DNA from: Geosiphon pyriformis uo1
Taxonomy: Eukaryota > Fungi > Glomeromycota
Assembly: GCA_016748015.1 (NCBI GenBank)
Contig: JAAOMT010000182.1
Location: forward strand, 1 to 21,581
Reading direction: 5' to 3'
Length of the DNA stretch: 21,581 nt
The notes beneath the pieces were generated by a model. That model was given only the letters and a program-made list of their open reading frames with translations. It did not search any database and was not told where the DNA came from. Shown here in pieces: positions 1-9,954 of this stretch; the stretch's first letter is position 1; each line of letters opens with the position of its first letter. Position numbers and translations under genes: made by a program.

Positions 1-680
1 AGTTGAAGCCCCCTCCCCCCAAAACCATCAATACAGTAAAACAACTTTTTAACATTTAGCAGCTTATTACCAGAATTTTTGCCAGACACTACAGAAAGCT
101 TAATATCTAATGTAAAAGATTTTGCTGAATTGAAACTACGTTTTTCCAATGTATATAATTCAACCAATAAAAACTGCTTGGAACCATTGAACTTAGAAGA
201 TGAAAGCATTAAAATGTCATTATTGTTACTTAAATTTTTGAAAGATAGAGCTTTTGGTGGATGCTTTAAAACATAAATCCAAGTGCAAGTTTTTTGTGGT
301 GTCATGTTGTCCATATTTTTGTTGCCTATTAAAACATTAGAGTCAGCATAACTTGTTTTCTCAGCCACTATGTTCTTTATATTCTTAACATCTGACAGAC
401 CACTGACACTACTGGCTTTGCTGCCAACTTTGCTACCCCAAGACACCACTAAATTTGTGCCCAACATATCTATAATCTTAAGACTCAATAGGCCAGCAGA
501 AGAATTAACTATATCAATACTTGTATTAAGCTTTTTTGGTTTCTTGTGAAAAACACTACAGGAATACACACTATCTACTTGTTTTTTTTTTGCACTCAAA
601 CAGGTTCCCAAACTAACTGAACTTGAACTTAAACCACTAACAGCAGAGCCTACTGATTCTATCACAACAAAAATAGACAT
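1..680 (-). mobile_element. 5' part of a non-LTR (LINE-like) retrotransposon ORF1; runs off the left edge of the window
   Basis: A stop-free minus-strand frame starts at ATG 680 and is absent from the ORF track because it has no stop in the window. It reads MSIFVVIESVGSAVSGLSSSSVSLGTCLSAKKKQVDSVYS...TPQKTCTWIYVL...KSFTLDIKLSVVSGK...VKKLFYCIDGFGG. This resembles the N-terminus of an abundant Glomeromycotina non-LTR ORF1 family (recognised from memory). A probable frameshift lies in the G-run at ~10-20. Confidence 0.6.
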
Positions 681-789
681 ATTAGAAGAAATAACTAGAA
701 TAAAACAAAGAAAAAAAGATTAAAAAAACACTATTTCTTTAACAAATCTAAGCTCTTGCCATGATCAAAAAATTGACAAAAGAAAGATT

Positions 790-2338
790 TAGAAGAATAT
801 TATTAATTATATTTATACTAAATATACAACTGTGTATTTTAATTTTAAAAAAATTTAACTAAAGTATTGGCTATAGTTTTTATTATAAAAAATATTATTT
901 TTTTTGGTTTTATTTGTCTTTGGTTTTCTGTTTAGTTTATAATAAATTTAATTATACTTTTTTTGAATGCAATTTAATTAATATTAAATTAATATTAAAA
1001 AAAAAACAACTTTTTTTTCAGTTTTAGATTAATTTAAATTGGCTTAAATTTATACAAAAAAATCGATTTTTATTGTTTGTTTGATAGTTTTTGGTGGTAA
1101 ATTTTGTATCTATTGTTGGTAAAACTTATTTTTAAATACTTTTTTGTGTTTTTTTAGTTTGGTTTTTTGAATAAAGTTAAATTTTTTTTAATAGTTATTA
1201 GTAATTTGAATTTATATTTTAATAAAATTAAAAACAGTTTTATCAGTTTTATAAAACAAATTGGTAAATTGGTTAAGAGATTAAATATATTTGTATTGGT
1301 AATTTCATAATATAACTCTAAATGTTAGCAGTTAATAATTTTTTTATCACAGAATTAAATAGATAATATAATAATATAAAAAAATTTAAATATATTTATT
1401 AATAATAAGATTACTATAAAGCTAAGATTTTTAATATTTTTAAATATAATTAAGTTAAAAATTTAATTAAAAAATTTGTTTAGTTTAGTTATAAATTTGT
1501 TTAGAAAGTTTAATAGTCTAATTTTGACTTAAAATAATTTTTTTTTAATATTTTAATAACTAATTTTATTTAAAAATTGTAATATATAATATAAAAAATA
1601 TAAATAATTTTATTAAACAAAAAAATATTATTTATTAACATAAAAAAATAAACAATTTATTTTCTATTGTTACTAAGACTAAATAAAAGATAAAATATAT
1701 TTATAAATAGTTAATAAATTTGAAGATATTTTAGTTTTTATTTTTGGTTTGAATTTTGATTATTTAGATTTTGGTATTATAATTATTATAAATAATATAT
1801 TAATTAGATATGTATATAAAGTTGCTAAAATTGTTAATTGATTTTTGTCTGTCAAATTACTTTTTAAAAATAAGTTTTTTGTTTTAATTTTAAAATTATA
1901 TGTTAATATTATTTTGGTAATACGTTTAATTTAAACTAAAAAAATTGACTTTTTAATTACAAAAACTGTAAATAAATCTTTTTTTATAATTTTAAATAGT
2001 AATTTTAATGAAAATAGTTTTTATAACTGTGGTAATTTTAAAAAATAGTTTGATTTAAAGCAGATTAATTTTTTAATAAAAAGCTTAATTACTAAAAATT
2101 TAACATAAAAAATTTTAAAGATATAAAAAAATAATTAATTATGTATATGTTTTTTTGAATCTTATTAATACAATTATAAATTATAAAGTTTTGAAAGTTA
2201 GTAAATACTTTAATACTAATTATTAAGCTGTTTTTGTTTTTGTAAGTTTAAATAATTTATTAAACATATAATTGAACTTTTTTTGCAAACAAACTAATAA
2301 TAATTGTTGAAAGTTTATTTTAAAAATACTGATAATAT
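790..2338 (+). mobile_element. Highly decayed LINE: ORF1 C-terminus (~790-1550) and ORF2 APE endonuclease (~1555-2338)
   Basis: Relic peptides include LA*IYTKKSIFIVCLIVFGGK (~1040-1100) and IKNSFISFIKQIGKLVKRLN (~1228-1290). From ~1570 there are APE-like blocks KIVIYNIKNINN (for 'atcNvrG.n'), SIVTKTK (for 'vtETkl') and LNSNFNEN (~1993-2015, for 'lGGDFNe'). Stops and G>A/C>T changes are numerous. Confidence 0.65.
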
Positions 2339-3976
2339 TGTTATGGGTTGAAATAACAAGCTAATTATATTACCAGTAGAATTTTAGTTATTAATTAGCA
2401 TAAATTACCTTCATAATTCTTATTATTAATTAGCATATATTATTATCATTTCGATTATTACTTATTATTTAATCAAATTATTAAATATTATTACTTAATC
2501 AATAATCCGATTTGTACAATAGAAATTAAGATGATTAAATTATACAATACTCTGAACCATTTAACATAGTTAAAATTCGCCGAAATTAATAAAAATTGGC
2601 CGAAATAATCAATAGTTCAGTGAAATAACTTGTAGTTTGCTAAAATATATTTTTAATTTACCCAAATTGTAGCAAAAAGAAAAGTGCAAGTTCAAAGATT
2701 AGTACTATAATAATTTGTATAAAAGAAAAGCTTCTCTTTTCAAGAAAATGTATTTTCTTATAGTATCTTAATATAGTATCTCACTTTAGATATCTTAATT
2801 AGAACAAATTATTTTTTATACATTCAAATAAAAATTAAATATTTGAAAACCAAATCCTTTGATTATTGTACTTGAATTCTCTTAACACAAACTAATGTTT
2901 TGAAATTGATTAACTATCAATTTCAGTAAATTGTTAGTAACTTCAGGCCTGGATAGAAAATGTTTTCTTTAATACAATTGTATTTCTTTTACATTTTTTT
3001 TATTTTTTTTTCCTTTTCTTATCATAATCATTAAGACAGCCTACAGATGAGATTTCTGTAGAAAAGTTGATTTTCACAGCAAAATAACTACACAATTTTA
3101 GTAAGCTTCCAGATGAGCAATTTTTGGAAAAGAGCTAATATTTACTACAATGTAACTACACAAGTAACTGGCACAGAATTGGCCATTCCACTTATAAGCC
3201 CAGCAGTTCAAATTATAAAAGATAATTTAAAGATAAATTCAGTTATTCAAGATTCAACTACTTTTAGAAAACGTGAATTCACAACAAACAGACATTAACA
3301 ACATTCAAGAAAAGAGACCAAAAACTTTTGGTAACAATAAATAACAAGGAAGAACAGAATTATAGAGTAATAAAAAGAATCAAAGAGAATTCAACTTCAA
3401 AGAGCAAATTGAATAAGTATGAATTCAATATGCAAGATCAATCTCATAAAATATTTCAGTCACTATACTTTTCAAAAGATAACCAGAGAATCTAAAAGTA
3501 GAGAAATAGTCCATATTATTAATAAATAATCACATATTGGTATAATTCTATGCCTTACATTGGTGCTCTTAGAATTCAATATCAAGTATCAAATGTATTT
3601 TTCAGTCACATTTTATTCAATAATCTTTAAATATTACAATTATATAAGTTAAGAAAAGGTAAAAAACAACCAACAAGTAATTTTTTATTCCAAAATATTT
3701 AAATACTTGAAGGTAAGAAAAGGGAAATTAGTGATAAGAAAATAATTGAGATAAAAGTTGTTATTTTATTTATTTTTTTCTTTGATTCTTACATTGATTC
3801 TTATATACTTTTCTATAGCTAAGAAATTTATTGCATATATAGTTATCAAAAGTGGTCAATAATCAGATTAATAACTAGATCAATAATTACTATCTAAAAA
3901 TAAAGTGGCTAATTATATGACATTAATGGCTAATACATGTAATAATTAATAAGAAGTATAGATTTCAATCGTAATA
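2339..3976 (-). mobile_element. Solo LTR, family A, interrupted by solo LTR B
   Basis: 2339-2367 (TGTTATGGGTTG...) and 3337-3976 align as the reverse complement of LTR 6644-7370. The element is flanked by an exact 4-bp target duplication, ATAT (2335-2338 and 3977-3980). Removing it rejoins the LINE frame (YFKNTDNI/K*NQFKSA). Confidence 0.88.
2368..3336. mobile_element. Solo LTR, family B (~970 bp), nested inside LTR A
   Basis: The termini TATTACCA...TGGTAACA form a decayed TG..CA inverted end. The flanks ATTA and ATAA each differ by one base from the ATGA found at the homologous site of the uninterrupted LTR A, consistent with a 4-bp TSD. An internal ~21-bp imperfect repeat lies at ~2570-2670. 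No coding domain was seen. Confidence 0.72.
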
Positions 3977-4890
3977 ATATTAAATAAAACCAGTTTAAAA
4001 GTGCTATAATTATTAATATTGTGATGTATTTTAAGAAATTTGTTGTTTTTAAAAGATTTATAAATTTAAATATAATATAAAATATTATTTAAAAAATAAA
4101 GTATTTTTTAGTTAATAAAATATTTAAAAAAATAGCTTAAAAAATATGATAGTATTTTTACAAAAAATTTTGTTTAAAATTAATAAATTTTTAAAAATAA
4201 GATCTAATAATAAATTAGTTTTTTTGATAAACCACTAAATGTTTTTGAACAGTAAAAAAACTTTAAGTATTTAAATTTTGTTAAATTTTAGTACTAATTT
4301 TAATAGTATAAGGTTTGTTTTATCTAATATAAAAATATTTTATTATATTATTATAGAAAAGTTTTTTTGGTTATTATAATTGCTAATATTTTGTTTTAAT
4401 TAAAATTAGTTTTTTAAAAGTTTTTTAATTCTATTGTATAACAATATTATTGTTTATATTAAAAGCTTTTTTTTGATGTTATAATATAAATTATTTTTCA
4501 ATTTTTAATTGTTATATGTATTTATGTATTTTTTTTAAAAAATTAAATTAAAATTTATTTATTGTTTAAGATTTTTTTTAAGATTATTTTTGCAATTTTT
4601 TAATGTGTTTCTCTAATTTAAAAATACAGAATATTAATAGTTTTTAGTAGTTTTTCTAATTTTTATAATAAAGTTTTATTAATTAGTAATAACATAAATA
4701 ATTTTGATCAAAAATTAATTTTTTAAAAAATTTAGTTAATAAATGATTAATAAATAATACAATTAAATTTCTTAATACCATGAATTATAATAATTCAGTT
4801 TTCAATAATTTTTTTTATTTTTTTGATTAAAAATTTTAGTAAATATTTATTTTAAAAGTAAAAATTAAAATTAGATTTATTATTTTAATT
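3977..4890 (+). mobile_element. Continuation of the decayed LINE ORF2, internally deleted
   Basis: The reading frame continues across the LTR A insertion, with the same extreme G/C depletion as 790-2338. No RT catalytic motif could be recognised, and the right boundary is approximate. Confidence 0.5.
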
Positions 4891-4914
4891 AAAACTATTT
4901 AAAAAAAAATTTTG

Positions 4915-5154
4915 AATTAAATAAAGATAGGAATAAAAATAGAAATAAAGATAGGGATAGGAATAGGAATAAGGATAGGGATAGGGATAGGAATAGGGAT
5001 AGGATTAGGGATAGGGTTAAAGATAGGGATAGAGATAAGGATAGGATTAGGGATAGGGTTAAGGATAGGGTTAGAGATAGAGATAGAGTTAGGATTAGGG
5101 TTGGGGTTAGGGATAGGGATAGGGATAGGGATAGAATTAGGGTTAGGATTAGGA
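4915..5154 (+). repeat. Degenerate telomere-like hexamer array (TTAGGG/ATAGGG), ~40 units
   Basis: Exact TTAGGG occurs at 5005, 5047, 5095, 5107 and 5137. There are many ATAGGG units and G>A-decayed variants (TTAGGA, TTAGAG, ATAGAG, ATAGGA). The array is more degraded towards the left. Confidence 0.9.
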
Positions 5155-5977
5155 GTAGAAGCAAGAGCCACTTCTGACCAAACAGCAGTCTCCATAGCCA
5201 ATTTCATTTATGAAAATATCATCTGCTGTTATGGCTGCTCTAAAAAATTTTTATCTGATAGAGGAAGAGCTTTTTTCAGTACATTGGTTGAAGAACTTTG
5301 TAGAAAAATGGGAATATGTCATAAACTTTTCTCTTCTTATCACTCTCAAACAAATGGCCTAGTAAAATATTTCAATAGAACACTATGTAAAACTTTAGCC
5401 AAAACCAGTAAAGAAACAAACTTATGGGACAAAGTATTGTCTTCAGCTTTGTTTGCTTATAGAACTGTAAATTATGACATAACAAGTTATAAACTTTTTT
5501 TATCTGCTCTATAGATACATGGCAACACTACCAATAGAAACTGACATTGAAATAATACTTTTTGAAGAGATCACAATAGGAAATTACAAAAACATTTTGC
5601 AAAAATGACTTAATACCATTCTTGACTTCTTGGTAGAAGCATGAATAATTGCTTTTGAAAAGATAAAACAGTTTCAAAAAAAGCTTAAGAAAAAAAAAAT
5701 CTATAAAACACTTTTTTTAAGTGTTGGTAACTTGGTACTAGAATACCATTTTGACAGAGACAATGATTATGATAATAAATTTTCTAGCCAATGGAAAGAA
5801 CCCTTTATAGTCAACAAAGTTTTGAACAATAGTTTTTATATTTTTCAAGATCAATTTGAAACAATCTTTAATAATTGTTTTGTTTATAGTACACGACTCA
5901 AGAAATATTATAAACAACCTGATTGGCTGCCTGTTGTAGTAATACCAATTCAAATGATCAGCAAAAATCAAGTATAA
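5155..5977 (+). pseudogene. Ty3/Gypsy integrase (rve core plus GPY/F-like C-terminus), disrupted
   Basis: The core reads VEARA...IANFIYENIICCYGCSKKFLSDRGRAF...SSYHSQTNGLVKYFNRTL...WDKVLSSALFAYRT. The C-terminus reads KFSSQWKEPF (for WxGPF) and RLKKY. The catalytic E is mutated to K, and there are stops and frameshifts at 5514-5730. Confidence 0.9.
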
Positions 5978-6674
5978 ATAAATGCACTATTCCCAAAACA
6001 GAAGTATCTTTAATTAACATAAACAATTATTTTCTGGATCAAAACATTCAAAATGTTTTCTATACTCTCCATGAGTATTGGATCAAAAACTATATAAATG
6101 CTACTCTGACCATTAAAAAACAAACCACTATAACTGATAATAGTGAAACATATACTGTTTTTAGACCAAAAAAACTACTACCAAAAGAGAAAGAATTGGT
6201 AGTAAAATGGATAAATATTTGTTGGAAAGTATAACAGCAGCTATACTTCTACCTTCCAGTACAATTGAAAAAACACTTCAAGAAATCTTACTTATAGACA
6301 AAAACTTGTCATATGGAAGGCAATTAGAACTCTATGGTCGCTTTGGTAAAATCATAAAGGATATGAAACTCCTAAAGAAAACAACTTCAGAGATACAGAC
6401 AGAAATTTTGGGCATTATATAGTTAAATGTTTCAAAAGTTTTAACTATTGCTAAAAGAGCCAAAATTTTAATACAAAGATTTGGTCTCTTAGATACAAAA
6501 CTTATTTTGCCTTAAGTGTTATATATTCTATCCATGAAAGATTTCAACAAACTAATTAGCTTTGAATTAGATAAAACTCTTCAAATAGATTATATTATGA
6601 ATAGCTTGATTTCGCTGGAGCTCAATCTCTTTGAAGAGGATAATGTTATGATTAAAACTTATACTTTTTATTAA
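5974..6674 (+). pseudogene. Extra ORF ('ORF3') downstream of integrase in element A; function unknown
   Basis: ORF-track pieces 5923-6234 and 6207-6422 continue past two stops as LNVSKVLTIAKRAKILIQRFGLLDTKLILP*VLYILSMKDFNKL.... The frame reads through the PPT to TAA 6672-6674 inside the LTR. Confidence 0.65.
6633..6643 (+). other. Polypurine tract of element A
   Basis: GAAGAGGATAA immediately precedes the LTR start TGTTATG at 6644. Confidence 0.7.
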
Positions 6675-7370
6675 TTATTACATGTATTAGCCACTGATGT
6701 CATATAAATTAGCCACTTTATTTTTAGAAAGTGATCATTGACCTGATCAATAATCTGACCATTGACTTAATCATTGACCTGATTATTGACTTGATCATTG
6801 ATCTGATCATTGACTTAGTTATTGACCTAATCATTGACCACTTTTGATAGCTTTATAAGCAATAAATTTCTTAGCTGTAGAAAAGCATATAAGAATCAAA
6901 AAAAGAAAATAAATAAAATAACAACTTTCATTTCAATTATTCTCTTATCACTAATTTCCTTTTCTCTACCTTCAAGTATCTGAACATCTTGGGATAAAAA
7001 ATCACTTGTTGGTTATTTCTTACCCTTTTTCTGACTTGTATAATTGTAGTATTTGAAGATTATTGAATAAAGCATGACTAAAGAGTACATCTAATACCTA
7101 ATATTGAATTCTAAGAGTGCTAACATAAGGCATAGAATTATATTAGACATAATCATTTGTTGACAGTACAAACTATTCCTTTACCTTCAGATTCCCTGGT
7201 TATCTTTTGAAAAGTATAATAACTGAGATATTTTATAAGACTGATCTCACACATTGAATCCATACTTATTCAATTTGCTTTTTAAAGTTGAAATTCTTTT
7301 GATTATTTCTATCACCCTACAATTCTGTTCTCCCTTGCTATTCATTAGCTTATTACTCTAACCCATAACA
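6644..7370 (+). repeat. 3' LTR of element A (727 bp)
   Basis: It has perfect 7-bp inverted termini TGTTATG...CATAACA, follows the PPT, and has a second copy in inverted orientation at 2339-3976. Confidence 0.9.
6732..6839 (+). repeat. 12-bp tandem repeat (TGATCATTGACC) x9 inside LTR A
   Basis: Nine consecutive imperfect units were counted. The solo copy has only three units (3854-3889). Confidence 0.9.
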
Positions 7371-7955
7371 ATATCTGAAAATTTTGGGTTGAGTTTTTTG
7401 TATAATTCAATAGTTGTTTCAGTCATCTCTCAGAATTACAATTCCATCAATTTTTTTTTTGGTGTGATGGCTGGTAATCTCCTGGTAGACTATTCTTAAA
7501 TCTGAATGTCTACTCTTATTCTTAAGTTTTTTACTAGTGCTTTATCCTAACATCAATATCTCATGCATTAATCTTTTTAAATCAATTAATAAATCAACAA
7601 CAAAACAAAAAAAATAAAATAAAAGAAAATAAAAAAATAAAAATGAGAAATAAGCCAAAATAAGTTAGTATCCCATTAATAATTATGATTAAGAACTATT
7701 GTTTTAGTGTGGACAATTGGATTAATATATTCAATAAGTATATTTATTAAATGTATGGATTCTAATTAGGAAATAGAACTGAGATGTCTGTTTTTTTTGC
7801 TTCTGATATTATTACAATATATACATAATTAAAATTTTTTAATTTTTCAATTCTTTATACCAAGAATTCTAGAATTTTTAGAATCCTGCAATTTCTTATG
7901 AAAAATTTTGGAATTTTAAAATCCTGCAATTCTTTATATAAAAATCTTGTAATTT
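7371..7955 (-). repeat. 3' LTR remnant of element C
   Basis: It aligns with ~16050-16690. The outer ~80-100 bp are cut off at the element A junction. The inner end and PPT are missing, with a direct join to ORF3 at ~7950. Confidence 0.88.
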
Positions 7956-8553
7956 TTCAAATTGGGTATTGGTAATCTTGTCTATTTGATTAGTGATAAC
8001 TGTATTCATTTTTGTATTGAGTAATATTTTTAGTTGGTTTTGAAATCCAGCTTATAATCAATATGTAACTCTTGTCTGTATGGTCAGATTGTTCTTTCTC
8101 ACAAACTGTTCAAGTTGTTGCAGTATTATTGTATCAAATAATCATTTTTGTTTTATCTGTATATAAATTCCGAATGTTCAGGTATTGTCCCAAGTAATAA
8201 TAACAAAAGTTTCTTGCAAATTGTTGTACTCACCAGTTCCAAGTTTTTTTGGTTAATTCTTAATATAATATAACTTTTGCTTGTACTTCTATTGCCATTT
8301 TTACTTTTAGAATTATTTTGTCAATAATGTTTTCTGGTTTTTTTGTACTTTGTATTGGTGTTTCTTCCTTGTATTTTTATATTGAATGGTTTGTTGGTTA
8401 ATTGTAATTTTCATATTTTGTTGTTGAATTAGTTAGAAAAGTTGTTGTGTCAGTACATAGATATTGTCAATAATTTCTATTTTTCTGGTATTTTTTTGTT
8501 GTGTGTTAATTTTTTATATAGAGTTCTAATATCTCAATTTGATGTGTTTGTAT
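7945..8553 (-). pseudogene. Extra ORF ('ORF3') downstream of integrase in element C; function unknown
   Basis: Relic translation: IQTHQIEILELYIKN*HTTKKYQKNRNY*QYLC...FARNFCYYYLGQYLNIR.../QFVRKNNLTIQTRVTY*L*AGFQNQLKILLNTKMNTVITNQIDKITNTQFEKL. It shares motifs with ORF3 of element A. Confidence 0.6.
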
Positions 8554-9900
8554 TGATGATTATTATTGGTTCTAAATCTTGTGGAAACACTTCTGGTTGA
8601 ACTAGTATTCTCTATACTCCCAATTGTGGAATATTATTGGTCAATAATAATGTTATACTATGATACAGTTTTAGTTAATTGTTATATGTTGCTTTAGTTA
8701 AGATTTTGTTGTCCCATTTTAATTTATAAACTCTATTTCTTAGAATTTTTTCTATGTGAAATAATCCATCTTATTTGGGATCAAATTTTCTATTTCATTG
8801 TTTTTCTGTTTTAATACAATGTAAAAATACTTTGTTTTCAATCTTAAATTCAACTGGTTTATTTGGTAGTTGGTTATTGTGTTTTTTTTTTGTTTTTTTG
8901 TGACTTTTAAATATTATCAGCTGCTCTTTGCTATTTGTTTTCTAGTGTTTTCATCAAGTTATATGTTTATCTCAACAATGTTTTTTGGAAATTTTCTTTT
9001 GTTATTGGTTTTGTTGGATATGTTTTAACTTCTATTTCGACTGGTATTGTTGCTGTTTTATCATATATTAATTCAAATAGTATAGTTTGTATAGTGTCTT
9101 GCTTCATTGTCTAATAAGCAAATAATATTGATAGTATAAACAAATCCCATTTATCTTGGTTTTTTTGGCTGATCTTGACTATTGCTTCACATAATGTTCT
9201 ATTGAATCTTTCAACTAAGCCATTGATTTGTGAATAATATTGTGATAACAATGGTCTTTTAATTCCAAATCTTTGACTTAATTCTGTTAATGTTCTGTTC
9301 ACAAAGTAAATTTCTTGTCAGATAATAATTTTTTTGAATATTTGTATTAACAGATTAAATTTTGATGAATGAATTTAGCAATAGATTCTGCATTTGTTCT
9401 TTAAATTGTTTTTGCTTCTGGTTATTTAGTGAAATAATTCATAACTATTGCAATATATTTATTTCTTTTGCTAGTTATTATTAATGGTTTGACTAAGTCA
9501 ATTCTGATTTGATTGAATAATTGTTCTACTTTGATTGGTCTCAATGATTTGCTGGGTCTTGTTTTTCCTTTTCTCTAACAAGCATTACAATTTTGAACAT
9601 ATTGGATAATATCTGGATATATTAATGACCAATAGTATTTTTTTATGGTTTTTTTTATGGTTGCTTCTTTATTAAAATGTTCTGCTTTCAAATCTGAGTG
9701 CATGTTATAGAGTATTGTTTTCTTCTTTGGTTCTGTGATTACTCTGAATAATTGATCTGAGTCTTTTCTGTTTTTTTAATATAATATATTTTGGTAAATA
9801 ATAAAATATTTTGATTGTTGTTTTATATTGTTTTATTCCTTTTGAGATAATTTTTTCTGAAACTATTGGGTATTAATATAATGTTGGAGTTGTTGATATT
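8534..9900 (-). pseudogene. Integrase of element C (HHCC zinc finger, DDE core, GPF-like module)
   Basis: Motifs: HSDLKAEHF...YYWSLIYPDIIQYVQNCNAC; IRIDLVKP; NYFTK*PEAK; YYSQINGLVERFNRTL (ORF 9111-9302); WDLFILSILFAY; KFDPK*DGLFHI. Confidence 0.9.
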
Positions 9901-9954
9901 TTTATGTATTCATTTTTTGTTATATTTTTGGTTTGAAATGTTCTTAGATTTGTC

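Larger units (their letters stand above)
5155..7370 (+). mobile_element. 5'-truncated Ty3/Gypsy LTR retrotransposon, family A
   Basis: Contains an integrase core, an extra ORF, a polypurine tract and a complete 3' LTR. The gag, PR, RT, RH and 5' LTR are absent. The LTR is followed by ATAT (7371-7374). Confidence 0.88.

Noticed and set aside
4895-5207. ORFs rich in LS/IP/GI dipeptides (4895-5164, 4917-5207, start of 5101-5514)
   Set aside because: These are translation artefacts of the hexamer array, not proteins.
5974-6674. ORF3 as a retroviral-type env
   Set aside because: It is too short, with no visible signal peptide, furin site or transmembrane helix.
6732-6839. CRISPR-like or iteron-like array
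   Set aside because: The units are head-to-tail 12-mers with no unique spacers, inside a eukaryotic LTR, and no cas genes are present.
2339-7370. Long inverted repeats suggesting one giant TIR DNA transposon or foldback element
   Set aside because: Each arm is an LTR with TG..CA ends. The left arm has its own TSD and the right follows a PPT, so they are two independent insertions.
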